Of a DNA stretch of 61,341 nt, positions 9,615-18,460 are shown piece after piece. This DNA comes from Candidatus Sumerlaeaceae bacterium (GTDB taxonomy: Bacteria; Sumerlaeota; Sumerlaeia; Sumerlaeales; Sumerlaeaceae), in contig JBPCLP010000022.1 in assembly GCA_051003195.1 (NCBI GenBank), positions 1-61,341 of the forward strand. The letters run 5' to 3'. A program made the translations under genes and the position numbers. The notes beneath the pieces are model-generated. The model ran no database searches and had not been told where the DNA came from. It saw only the letters and a list, made by a program, of their open reading frames with translations. Position 1 is the stretch's first letter. Each line of letters starts with the position of its first letter.

Positions 9615-9684
9615 GGGGACGCGATGGTTTGGCACTCTCGCGGAGCGGAATTGCACACCCGCGTTTAACGGACAGCTCCCGATC
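9615..9684 (+). repeat. Composite mini-element: GGGGACGCGA arm + 45-bp exact copy of 13820-13864 + GGACAGCTCCCGATC arm
   Basis: 9624-9668 is identical to 13820-13864 (both ORF translations contain LNAGVQFRSARVPNH). Confidence 0.9.
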
Positions 9685-9822
9685 TCATGTGGCTTGCGGT
9701 TAAACCGGACGTGCAGGAGCACTGAAGGCAATGGCTCGACTGATTTTACGGGAACGTGCTACGCTGTCACTAATTTAAATAGCGACAGCGCATCTCGTCT
9801 CCGAAATTCCTTTTCTGAGCGG

Positions 9823-10062
9823 TTACAACAACCCCAGCCTTTGCAGATTTTCGTCCGTCCATCCGGCGTCCCGGATCATTCGCTTCAAAGTTCCGATCGC
9901 AAACGTGTCGCTGGATCGGTGCGCTGCGACAACTACCAACCGATGGCTTTCCGGATGACGAAAGGACTGGTGACTACCACTTGTTCGAACGTGGACAAAG
10001 CCATCCTGCTCAAGTGCGCGGGTAAATTCCCGCGCGGTGACACCGCGCCGCGCTCTGGTCAT
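9823..10062 (-). CDS. hicA: HicA family mRNA interferase toxin
   Basis: ALEQDGF..VRTSGSH..FRHP......V..H....F.IGTLKRMIRDAG. Confidence 0.92.
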   Translation of the reverse strand: MTRARRGVTAREFTRALEQDGFVHVRTSGSHQSFRHPESHRLVVVAAHRSSDTFAIGTLKRMIRDAGWTDENLQRLGLL

Positions 10063-10325
10063 ACATTCACAAGCACCGAAGGCGCTGTCAAAGCCACCGC
10101 TTGGTACTGTGCGTCCTCGAGCGGCTCACCTGGAATCGGATCTCCATGTTCGAGCAGCGATTGAACGTACAGCTCCACGGCTTCCCTGGCGTTGGCGATC
10201 GCCTCATCATAGGACAAGCCGAATGTATTACAGCCAGGAAGCTGCGGCACATGAACAGAATACGCTTTCCGGCCATCCTCCATCTCATCATCTTCAACGA
10301 CCACCTGAAACAGGTAGTGCTTCAT
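10059..10325 (-). CDS. hicB: HicB family antitoxin
   Basis: YSVHVPQLPGCNTFG.SYDEAIANAREAVELY...L..HGDPIP; 4-bp overlap with hicA. Confidence 0.92.
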   Translation of the reverse strand: MKHYLFQVVVEDDEMEDGRKAYSVHVPQLPGCNTFGLSYDEAIANAREAVELYVQSLLEHGDPIPGEPLEDAQYQAVALTAPSVLVNV

Positions 10326-10512
10326 CAGTTTCTCCTATTACGTGACGACAAAACATCTATGACAATTAACTGGCGTACGCAAACTATAGTTCAACTGCAC
10401 TTTGCTTCGCCGACACGACAAAGATTCTACAAGATCAGAACCCAGACAGTGCTCACGAAGGATCAATCCAGGTGCGACAGACATCGGGTTTTTTCAAAAG
10501 TGGGCAGTTAAG

Positions 10513-10537
10513 GTAGCAGGCACACTCCGTGTGCCGT
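10513..10537 (+). repeat. GTAG-type REP (GTAGCAGGCACACTCCGTGTGCCGT)
   Basis: GTAG followed by GGCACAC/GTGTGCC hairpin. Confidence 0.7.
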
Positions 10538-10606
10538 CCGCGCGACGGAAATGGTGACAGTCGCCCACGCCCCCCCGCGTCCGCTGCACTTCGGTTGGCA
10601 ATCCGC

Positions 10607-10700
10607 CGATTGCTTGTGGTATCGCATACGGATCGCAGTGAGATTATCCGAATTATAAGTGCCCGGCGCGCTACAAAGACTTATTTATGAAGAAGGCTAA
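10607..10700 (+). pseudogene. BrnT toxin C-terminal remnant
   Basis: Translates RLLVVSHTDRSEIIRIISARRATKT, then shifts frame to YEEG*; no N-terminus. Confidence 0.8.
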
Positions 10701-10902
10701 ATCTGATACTTCTGACGATTTAAGAGCGGAGTACAAGCGCTCGGATTTCGGTACGCTGACGCGCGGCAAATATGCCAGCGGCATCCGCAAGGCAACCAAC
10801 GTTGTCGTTCTCGAACCGGAGGTGGCTAAGGCATTTCCAAATGACAAGGCCGTTAACAAGGCCCTGCTCGGACTTCTGGAAAAAGGGTCTTCTTCCGTCT
10901 GA
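10687..10902 (+). CDS. BrnA-like antitoxin
   Basis: DDLRAEY..SDF..LTRGKYA......NVVVLEPEVAKAFPNDKAVNKALLGLL. Confidence 0.8.
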   Translation: MKKAKSDTSDDLRAEYKRSDFGTLTRGKYASGIRKATNVVVLEPEVAKAFPNDKAVNKALLGLLEKGSSSV

Positions 10903-10927
10903 AGAGAAGCTGAGAGATAGATTTACA

Positions 10928-10979
10928 GGGACGCGGGCAACCGTCCCTCCAGGCTGAAGGGACGGTTGCTCCCGTCCCC
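10928..10979. repeat. REP-like hairpin; its right part is inverted relative to 13435-13464
   Basis: GGGACGCGGGCAACCGTCCCT ... AGGGACGGTTGCTCCCGTCCC; 10950-10979 matches the reverse complement of 13435-13464 at 29/30. Confidence 0.85.
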
Positions 10980-11019
10980 CGAATCTCCGCTAGCTTTAGC
11001 GTGATCTTCCGGCGAATTC

Positions 11020-11197
11020 GGGGACGTGGGGGCTGTTGAAAAACCGTAGCGTCACGTTCCTCAACTGCACGCCGTCAGTTCTCGACTGCGAGATTTCAGT
11101 TCTGCGGCGAAATCGCCGAGCCCAATTACAAATCACTCCAAGAGAAATCGTGATACTAAAGAAGACCGCCGGGTTTTTCAACAGCCCCACCGTCCCC
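11020..11197. mobile_element. MITE-like element, copy 1 (~26-bp TIR GGGGACGGTGGGGCTGTTGAAAAACC)
   Basis: Terminal inverted repeats shared with copies at 24425 and 33721; different interior, beginning GTAGCGTCACG. Confidence 0.75.
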
Positions 11198-11276
11198 GGG
11201 CCTGTCCCCTTGTTCTCAAAAAGAAAAATTACACGTACCTAATTTTCCTAATTTTCTCTCGGCGGACAACGTCGCT

Positions 11277-11717
11277 TTACCACGACCAAGTGAGCCAGCC
11301 GTCGATTTGCTGCGTAGAGATGGTGCCACTGCTGCTGATGTCAAGATTGGCGTGGGGTAATTGAGTCCAGATGACGATATCGACATCCACAGGGCGGGAT
11401 TTCAAACCCAATCTGCCCCAGAGCCGTCGAGCAAAGATGACCAACCTTGAAAAACGGCCTCTTACGGCCGCGCTAATAGCGCGGTGGTTCGATGGGCTAT
11501 CAGCGCCTCTCTCCTCTACACGGTAACCTGCTGCCAGAAGACGGGGCTTAACATCCATCCAGCTTTGGCCAACAGCGGTTGTATGCAGCATCCAGCTTTG
11601 CCGATGATGAAGCGTGAACCAGGGAACGAGATCCCAAGCTGCTGCCGCGGATACCAGCAGCAGAATAACAGCGGGAATCAGCCAGCCGGGCAAACGATCT
11701 TTCAGTTTGAGGAACAA
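11277..11717 (-). CDS. Hypothetical membrane-anchored protein
   Basis: 146-aa ORF with N-terminal hydrophobic helix, lying between two boundary repeats. Confidence 0.55.
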   Translation of the reverse strand: MFLKLKDRLPGWLIPAVILLLVSAAAAWDLVPWFTLHHRQSWMLHTTAVGQSWMDVKPRLLAAGYRVEERGADSPSNHRAISAAVRGRFSRLVIFARRLWGRLGLKSRPVDVDIVIWTQLPHANLDISSSGTISTQQIDGWLTWSW

Positions 11718-11744
11718 TTCGGGATCATACCAGCTTTCACATTG

Positions 11745-11766
11745 ATTAAGGGGTCAGCTCCCGATC
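11745..11766 (+). repeat. Boundary repeat ATTAAGGGGTCAGCTCCCGATC
   Basis: Direct match to the 5438 and 18092 copies. Confidence 0.85.
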
Positions 11767-12157
11767 CAATCCGTCCTACACCTGCTTCACTTTTGTGGAC
11801 ACTGGCGCGCGCGATTTGCAAGTGCCGTCGTCGCTATGGCTCGCGAAAAGAAAATTACACGTCGGCTTTTTCCCCGTTCGCCTTAGGACATTCTTTCTCA
11901 CGCTAAACCCGATCAAACGCGCAGGGATGCGTAAAGGAATGCCCGGGTTGTTCGGTGCGGCACGCGGTGACGCATTCCCAGGAGCGGGGTACGTTTTTTG
12001 TTCGCGTGCGTAGTCCTTTGGCCGGGGGTGGAGGGATCAGACGCGTGGTGCGATCTGGCGCGATGGTGGCTTTCCAGAATTCGCGCATTTTGGGCAAATT
12101 GGGGGCGCGTAAGATTTCTTTTTAATGCGCTGTTTACGCGTCCAAAGCAATAAAGCA

Positions 12158-12362
12158 TCCGGCGGCGGCGGTGGTGGTGGTCGTATGCCGTCTACGCGAA
12201 CACTTTCACCGGCGGAACTCTGCTCGGCACACAAGCGGTGCCAGCGGTCCCGCTGCAAGCCTCGGCACATCCAACCCCGGCGCAACTGGTCAGCCCGGAA
12301 CTGTCTTCCAGGGCCCATACCCAATCGTGGCTTCCGCTAACGAATGGATGTTGTTTCGTTAG
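12158..12362 (+). pseudogene. 3' remnant of a Gly-rich secreted protein
   Basis: Frameshifted SGGGGGGGR / AVYANTFTGGTL / SGASGPAASLGTSNPGATGQPGTVFQGPYPIVASANEWMLFR*. Confidence 0.5.
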
Positions 12363-13155
12363 CATGCAGCTCCAACTCGGCGACAACCAACGCATGGTCG
12401 CTTCCTGCGGCGACCGACTCCTCGTAAAGGTACTGCACCCCGGCAACTTCCACATCGGGCGTGCAGAGGATAAAGTCGTACCGGCAATCCGTTCGCGTTT
12501 TACCCACGCCCCGGCGGTGCGATAGCGCCAGCGGTCCGTACGGCCGCGCCTGCCGGATGTCCTCAAGCTCCCCCGGGTGCCGCGCAAGGTACGTGCGCAG
12601 CGCATCGCGTAAATGGTGGCCCGGCTCGTGTCCCAGCAGCTTCGGTTCGTCGGGCCACCACCACACGTTGTCGCAATGCTCGGGATGATCCTGCTTCGGC
12701 GCGTTCGCGTCCATTCCCACGATCGCCGTCCCCGGCAACTTCGCCAGGCGATCCGCAATCGCGCACATCGTCTGGGGCTTTATCTCTTTCCAGCTCGCCC
12801 CGGGCGGAATATGAAAACTGCACAGCAGCACAACACCCGCGGCGGACTGTGCATTTACCATCAGCGTACGCTCGGGAAACGCAACGCCACTAAGGACCGT
12901 CGTGATGTCCGGTCGAAGCCCGCCACTCCCAAACACTGAACAACCCAGCTTGCGCGCAGCGGTCTCACCTGCCTCCGTCGGGCGCAGCGTCAACGAAGTT
13001 CGCCCCCATGCAAACAGGCCCGAGTCGACCAATGCCCCGTGAAACCCCAGCGATACCTCCTGCAGCGCCAGCACGTCCAGGCGGAGGTTTTGCAGGAAAT
13101 CGACATGGCTCTGCCGCAAGCTGCGATTGTTTACGTTCCAGCTGGCGAATCTCAT
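12337..13155 (-). CDS. Endonuclease/exonuclease/phosphatase (EEP, ExoIII-like) family protein
   Basis: ASWNVN, DVLALQEV, GMDAN, RYDFIL, GSDHALV motifs. Confidence 0.9.
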   Translation of the reverse strand: MRFASWNVNNRSLRQSHVDFLQNLRLDVLALQEVSLGFHGALVDSGLFAWGRTSLTLRPTEAGETAARKLGCSVFGSGGLRPDITTVLSGVAFPERTLMVNAQSAAGVVLLCSFHIPPGASWKEIKPQTMCAIADRLAKLPGTAIVGMDANAPKQDHPEHCDNVWWWPDEPKLLGHEPGHHLRDALRTYLARHPGELEDIRQARPYGPLALSHRRGVGKTRTDCRYDFILCTPDVEVAGVQYLYEESVAAGSDHALVVAELELHANETTSIR

Positions 13156-13418
13156 CGGGTGTATTCGTGGCGAGCGACCACCGTCTGGTCAACCGCGATG
13201 GCTAAACGGTGCCCGCGGCGCAGCCGCTCGCGATCATGCGAAGCATGTGAGCTAGGTGGCATGACACCGCCTTAGCTTCGCGCGGAGCGCGGCCCCTTAA
13301 ATCCGAACGCGCTGCTTTGGTTAACCTGTCTGCTCCATTTTACTATCCAGGTCAACGACCAGTGCAGCTGGCAGGGAGATAAGAAGTGCGCGATTTTTCG
13401 TTAACCTCATGGGTTTGG

Positions 13419-13464
13419 GGGGACAGCTAGATTCGGGGACGCGAGCAACCGTCCCTTCAGCCTG
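13419..13464 (+). repeat. Boundary repeats GGGGACAGCT and GGGGACGCGAGCAACCGTCCCTTCAGCCTG
   Basis: Inverted match to 10950-10979; the first 10 bp of the second arm recur at 9615; GGGGACAGCT is the reverse complement of 3542-3551. Confidence 0.8.
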
Positions 13465-13492
13465 AATGTGCGGCGGCGGACAGACCCTGGCT

Positions 13493-16400
13493 TTAGAGCA
13501 TACTGATCCGGATATCTTTGTACCAGGCTTCCGAAGCGGGACCGGAATGAATCTGCAGGCCAAATATGCCCCGTGCCGGGATGGATGGGTCCTGTTCCGT
13601 ATAATCAGCAGTTAATACCCCATTAACCCACAGGCGCACCCGCTGGCCTTCACAGCGGATTGTGTAATCGTTCCAGTCCTGCGGTTTCAGCACCCGTGAA
13701 ATGGCTTCCTGATCCGGCGTTACGAGAAACCGGTTTCGTCGGCTCTCGTCGTAGAGCGCTCCCCAGATGTTTGTCTCTCCCATCATGCCTATGTCAGCCT
13801 GATACCCGGAAACTTCAAAATGGTTTGGCACTCTCGCGGAGCGGAATTGCACACCCGCGTTTAAACCCTGCCCGAGCAACCGCACCTTAAATCGCAGTTC
13901 AAAATCACCGAAGTCCCTGCGGGTACAAAGGAACGCATTCTGGGGAATGTCTGCCTCGAGCGTTCCGGCAACGATGGCACCATCCTGGACCCGGAACATA
14001 TCAAGATTACCTTCCCAGCCTTCGAAGGATTTCCCGTCAAACAGAAGCGTCGAGGAAGTCTTGTCCTCGCCGCCATATGTAGTTTCACCTTCCGGTGCAT
14101 GGTTAACTACACGGATTCCCGGAATGGTTGCGCCTTGCGGATCAGTAAGGCGTGCGCTGAATCCCCAACCCGAAGTATTCTGTGTGACCTTCAGCATCAG
14201 CGCATTCCATCCCTGGTTCAGGGTGACTGAAGTCTGATCGGAATCGAGTTCAAAACCCCGGCAAACGTTGTTAGCGTGCACTACCTTGCCGTTCAGCCAC
14301 ACCTTGATCCCATCGTCGCTGCCCAGTTTCAGTACGGCCTCGCACGTTTGTGGGGATTGAATCCAGGTGCGCACATAAGCTACTCGCCTGTTGCCCGGGA
14401 AGAGCTTGAGGATATCCAGATAGAGCGGCTCTGCGGGATCCGGCTCCCACCGGGCGTGTTGCCAGCTGGCCTGAGCGGGTTCGGACTCAGGGGCAAACAG
14501 AACGTTGAATTGTTCAGCGCATTCAGCGCCTGGCTTTTCAAAGGGTCCGCAAATCTGCCACGACAGGATGCTTTGCTCCAGCCGGAGCAGAAGGTCCTCA
14601 ATGGATTCCGCTTTCTGGCGAATGGCAGGAGGCATCTCGCTAAGGCGAATGCGGCGAGCCAGTTCTCCTGCATGGTCCGCATTGCCGGTAACCATCCATG
14701 GTAAAATGGACACGACTGCGAATGCTGCTTCATTCCGCAGTTCATTGTCGGTAAGATAGGGTTCGGCAAAAGCGAGAGCATCTGCGCTTCTGAGTCCGCC
14801 CACGCCGCTTAGTACCATACGCTTCTCTTCAAGTTGCGAAGCCTGTGACATGGCTTCCCGGTAAAACTGAAGCCTTTCACTGTCCGGTGCCGTAGTCAGC
14901 TGTTCAATCATATGAATGAACCCACGCAAAGCCAGACTGCGATCCGTCGCATCTCCCGCAACCCTGGAAAACGTTCTCAGGTCCTGCAATGGGGCTGCGT
15001 CCGGCCACGCGGACAGGCCACGTATTGCTTCACGCCGAACAGAGACATCCGTGGACGAAAGAGCCGAACGAAGCGCTACCAAAGCGGAAGGGCTTTTCAG
15101 GCGAGCTAAAACGCGAACCAGGCGCGACCGCTCCGCTGACCCGGTGATGTCTGTTAGTTTGTGCTCGACCAGTGCCGCAGCCTGAGCTTCCTGGTGGTGC
15201 CGTTTCGCGATGACGGCAATTTCCGCGGCTGCAGCATCTGCGAGCTTTTCGTCGAGCTGAATACTTAAATCCACTACCCGCGGAAGATCGGTAGGATTGG
15301 CAAGTACACCCAACGCTTTGATGGCTGCCTGCGCTGCAGGGCGGTCAGCGTCGCGGGCAGCCGCAGCGAGTGCCGGCACGGCTTCGCCAACGCGGCGCTG
15401 AGTCAGTGCCCTGATAATTTCTGCCTTATTGGGTGACTGGACCGAAATGCTTTGGACCATCGCTTCGTCAACTCCGGGAGCCGAAATCGTCACCAGGGCC
15501 CGGCGAGCGGCTTCCTGAAGTGGACTGCCGGCAGCGGATGCTTTCGTGGCAAGGATTGAGACATGAGCGCTGCCGCCGTGCATTCCAAGTGCTTCGATGG
15601 CTGCGCCGGCAACATCCAACTCGGGGTCTTCACAAAAGGCAACGGCGGCAGACAGCACCACATCATCGGTACGTCCTGCGGCGGCGGCAAGCAGCCGCGC
15701 CCGTCGCTCCGCCGCCAGCGTAGATGCCATGTCGAGGCACTCACCCGCGGCACGGGCGTCCAGAAGCTCGCGAATCGCCCGATACGCCGCCTGGGCAAGA
15801 GAGGGATCGGTATCGCGAAGGGCGCTCTGCACAAGCTCGGCAGTGTCGCCTGGCTTACATTTTAACAGACCCAGCAATGCACGCTCGCGAAGCCAGGGCG
15901 CGCTCGATTTGTGGTTGAGAACGCTGCGATAGATAGCTATACTTTCTTTCATCTTTCCCGCGGCTGCAAATCCAGCAGCACAATCCATGCGGGAATTTGC
16001 TACGGTGCGATTGCCAGGCTGTCTCGCAGCAGCACTCTTCAGCCTGGCGGCGGCCTCGCTGCCCCCAATCCTGCCCAGCGCCCATGCAGCAGTATCGGCG
16101 ACCTCCGGATTCGCATTGCTCATGTATTCAGCAATGGATGAAACAGACACTTTAGAGCGGCGATGAGCCAAAGTAATCATTGTACCGACACGGGTTCTTG
16201 TAGAAGGTGCATCCCTGAGTGCTTTAATAAGCACGGCCTCGGTTACCGGTCCCTGGACTCCGCTCATCACGAGCCGCGCCAATTCCCATTCGTAGTCACT
16301 GGCGAGTAAGCGGGCCAGTTGTTTCGAATCCCGATCGCGGGCAATTGGAATGAGGCTCCGCGCGGCAAATGCTTTGGCTGCCGATGTGGCATTGTCGGTC

Positions 16401-16654
16401 ATGATTTGGATGAGGCCGCCAATTAAGGCGTCCCTTCGCGAGGCATCTTTTAATGACTGAACTGCGCTGTCTTCAGCCGCAATCAGCGGGTCGCGAGGTT
16501 GTTCCCACGTCCATGAACGCACGTTAAGCAACGGGTCGCCGACCGTGTCATCTGCCATCAAGTCCTGCAGACAGACGCTTAGTATAACCAGGTTAATAAT
16601 GCGAATCGCCACCGAAAAGCGATGTCCTTCAGGTAGTCTCTTCATGATCGGCAA
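13493..16654 (-). CDS. Exported HEAT-repeat protein with PA14-like domain and C-terminal DUF1080 (3-keto-disaccharide hydrolase) domain
   Basis: HEAT repeats (AAWALGRIGG, AIEALG, AIRGLSAWPD); LGSDDGIKVWLNG..V; LFDGKSFEGW...DFELRFKV...NAGVQFRS...GYQADI...G.FGLQIH. Confidence 0.9.
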   Translation of the reverse strand: MPIMKRLPEGHRFSVAIRIINLVILSVCLQDLMADDTVGDPLLNVRSWTWEQPRDPLIAAEDSAVQSLKDASRRDALIGGLIQIMTDNATSAAKAFAARSLIPIARDRDSKQLARLLASDYEWELARLVMSGVQGPVTEAVLIKALRDAPSTRTRVGTMITLAHRRSKVSVSSIAEYMSNANPEVADTAAWALGRIGGSEAAARLKSAAARQPGNRTVANSRMDCAAGFAAAGKMKESIAIYRSVLNHKSSAPWLRERALLGLLKCKPGDTAELVQSALRDTDPSLAQAAYRAIRELLDARAAGECLDMASTLAAERRARLLAAAAGRTDDVVLSAAVAFCEDPELDVAGAAIEALGMHGGSAHVSILATKASAAGSPLQEAARRALVTISAPGVDEAMVQSISVQSPNKAEIIRALTQRRVGEAVPALAAAARDADRPAAQAAIKALGVLANPTDLPRVVDLSIQLDEKLADAAAAEIAVIAKRHHQEAQAAALVEHKLTDITGSAERSRLVRVLARLKSPSALVALRSALSSTDVSVRREAIRGLSAWPDAAPLQDLRTFSRVAGDATDRSLALRGFIHMIEQLTTAPDSERLQFYREAMSQASQLEEKRMVLSGVGGLRSADALAFAEPYLTDNELRNEAAFAVVSILPWMVTGNADHAGELARRIRLSEMPPAIRQKAESIEDLLLRLEQSILSWQICGPFEKPGAECAEQFNVLFAPESEPAQASWQHARWEPDPAEPLYLDILKLFPGNRRVAYVRTWIQSPQTCEAVLKLGSDDGIKVWLNGKVVHANNVCRGFELDSDQTSVTLNQGWNALMLKVTQNTSGWGFSARLTDPQGATIPGIRVVNHAPEGETTYGGEDKTSSTLLFDGKSFEGWEGNLDMFRVQDGAIVAGTLEADIPQNAFLCTRRDFGDFELRFKVRLLGQGLNAGVQFRSARVPNHFEVSGYQADIGMMGETNIWGALYDESRRNRFLVTPDQEAISRVLKPQDWNDYTIRCEGQRVRLWVNGVLTADYTEQDPSIPARGIFGLQIHSGPASEAWYKDIRISML

Positions 16655-16667
16655 TCGCTGTGCTCTC

Positions 16668-18056
16668 TCACGAGTTCCGCCACGGGGCTCGCGGCTCGCG
16701 TGACAAAAGGCGATCTGCCTGGGGATCCTGGATAAACATTTCCTTTTGTGGATCCCATTGCACAGGACGCTGAAGTTTCATGGCAATTAACCCCAGATAG
16801 CCGATACCAATAGAGCACAAGGTTATCTCGGGCGGGGATATGGGTTCACGCCGGGTGCGGATACAATCCAGAAAGTTTTGACGGTGGTCGTCACAGTGAT
16901 ACAGCCGTGTTTCACTCGATCGGACAGGGCTCGTCGCGATATTGTCCGGAAAAACATCCATGCCGCCTCGATTCACATGAACCCAACCTTCTGTCCCTTC
17001 GAACAGGACCCCCATGTTAATATCCGCCCAGCAACGCGTGAAGGTTTTGCCGTTCAGAGCCTGCGGGTGTTTGCCCGAATCCTCCACTATCAGGTTCAGG
17101 CCGTTTGCGAACCTGCACTGGAAGCGAAAGCGCGTGATGTTATTGTAGAGCCCGTGGCGGTTAAAGCTTCCCTCTCCTTCAACGTCCACTGGCCACTGGC
17201 GATCGGTCCCCATTCCCCATTGAGCGATATCGATGTGGTGCCCTCCCCAGTCACCAATGGCGCTGTGCGCATAGTCACTGTTATTTCGAAATGCCACATG
17301 GCACCGCTTTTCACAATAAGGTGCCCACGGCGCTGGACCCAGCCACATTTCATAATCAAACCCGGGAGGCGGAGCGCTCGACGTGACGGGAATATCCGTC
17401 TCACCTCCCTCAGGCAGACCCACCCGAACTTGTTTAAGAGTGCCAATGCGCCCATTGCGCACCAGTTCACATGCGTCGCGAAAAGCTTTCCACGACCTTT
17501 GCTGCGAGCCGGTCTGCCAGACAGTACCGTGTTGCCGGACCGCCTCTACGACCGCTTTTCCTTCGGCAATATTGTGCGCCAGCGGTTTTTCGCAGTACAC
17601 ATCCTTGCCTGCGCGTGCAGCGGCAATACCAATAGGCGCGTGCCAGTGATCGGGCGCAGCAATTACCACGGCGTCTATATCGTCGCGCGCCAGGAGTTCG
17701 CGGAAGTCGTTGTAAGCGGCGCAGTCCATGTTGCCATAGTGCGAGTTCACAATATCCATGGCCTGGTTGCGATGCCCGGAGTCCACGTCGCAAACCGCGC
17801 GCACCTGCACCTCGTGTTTTCCTATAAATCCGCCCGGCACATTCGTAAAAGCATTACCGTTAAGATGCCCTTGTCCCTGACATCCTACCCCGATGAACCC
17901 GAGCGAGATTCGCTCGCTCGCCGGAGTGGCGCTGCCGCGCCCCAGAACCGAGGACGGTATGAAGAGGGGAACTCCAAATGCTATCCCGGCCTTCATAAAA
18001 GATCGTCGCGAAACGGCGCGGTCAGGCTCCCGTGAGTTGGCTCGGTTCTTCTTCAT
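16668..18056 (-). CDS. Tat-exported Gfo/Idh/MocA oxidoreductase
   Basis: SRRSFMK Tat motif; GFIGVGCQG; DAVVIAAPDHWHA; KDVYCEKPL; WQTGSQQRS. Confidence 0.93.
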   Translation of the reverse strand: MKKNRANSREPDRAVSRRSFMKAGIAFGVPLFIPSSVLGRGSATPASERISLGFIGVGCQGQGHLNGNAFTNVPGGFIGKHEVQVRAVCDVDSGHRNQAMDIVNSHYGNMDCAAYNDFRELLARDDIDAVVIAAPDHWHAPIGIAAARAGKDVYCEKPLAHNIAEGKAVVEAVRQHGTVWQTGSQQRSWKAFRDACELVRNGRIGTLKQVRVGLPEGGETDIPVTSSAPPPGFDYEMWLGPAPWAPYCEKRCHVAFRNNSDYAHSAIGDWGGHHIDIAQWGMGTDRQWPVDVEGEGSFNRHGLYNNITRFRFQCRFANGLNLIVEDSGKHPQALNGKTFTRCWADINMGVLFEGTEGWVHVNRGGMDVFPDNIATSPVRSSETRLYHCDDHRQNFLDCIRTRREPISPPEITLCSIGIGYLGLIAMKLQRPVQWDPQKEMFIQDPQADRLLSREPRAPWRNS

Positions 18057-18091
18057 AATGCTCCAGTTCGCTTTATTGCGTGAAATTCATG

Positions 18092-18180
18092 AATTAAGGG
18101 CTCAGCTCCCGATCACGCCTACGCTGCTCGATGCAAAAAGAAAATTTACAAGTCACCGATTTTCCCCGGGCGACCGTCCC
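18092..18180 (+). repeat. Boundary repeat cluster (AATTAAGGGCTCAGCTCCCGATCACGCC; AAAAGAAAATTTACAAGTC; GGGCGACCGTCCCC)
   Basis: Matches 5438 and 11745; the AAAAGAAAA.TTACA.GT motif recurs at ~11218 and ~11847. Confidence 0.8.
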
Positions 18181-18227
18181 CACACAATGGTTGACGAACT
18201 GCATCTGTAGCAGCTAGCGATAAATTT

Positions 18228-18371
18228 ATGGCCCGTCGAGCTCGCGTCGTCATTCCAGGATGTCCACACCACATCACCCATCGCGGTAATCTTCGTGCAC
18301 AGGTGTTTTGTGACGAAGATCGCAAGTTCTATCTGGCGATGCTCACTCAAGAGCACTTAAAGCGGGTCTAA
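18228..18371 (+). pseudogene. N-terminal fragment of a REP-associated tyrosine transposase (RAYT, Y1_Tnp)
   Basis: MARRARVVIPGCPHHITHRGNLRAQVFCDEDRKFYLAML..., stops after 47 aa, before the HUH motif. Confidence 0.85.
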
Positions 18372-18460
18372 CAGCGTCCGCAAATACTGACGCTGATTTT
18401 GTTGGTGACCTGTTCGCGTGAAGTAACGGTCGCCCCGTCCCCTGAGCTCCCTAAGTGGTT

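Noticed and set aside
12336..12363. attC-like GCTAAC...GTTAGC inverted repeat at the end of the EEP gene
   Set aside because: Only 28 bp with no L boxes, no integron integrase in the window, and it overlaps coding remnants on both strands.
16878..18035. Long antisense ORFs (e.g. 16878-18035, 4216-5046, 32206-32988, 41062-41823, 47591-48442)
   Set aside because: Shadows of well-supported genes on the opposite strand, expected in GC-rich DNA.
3383..18119. CRISPR array from the recurring GTCAGCTCCCGATC repeat
   Set aside because: Copies are kilobases apart, degenerate and irregularly spaced; no cas genes.
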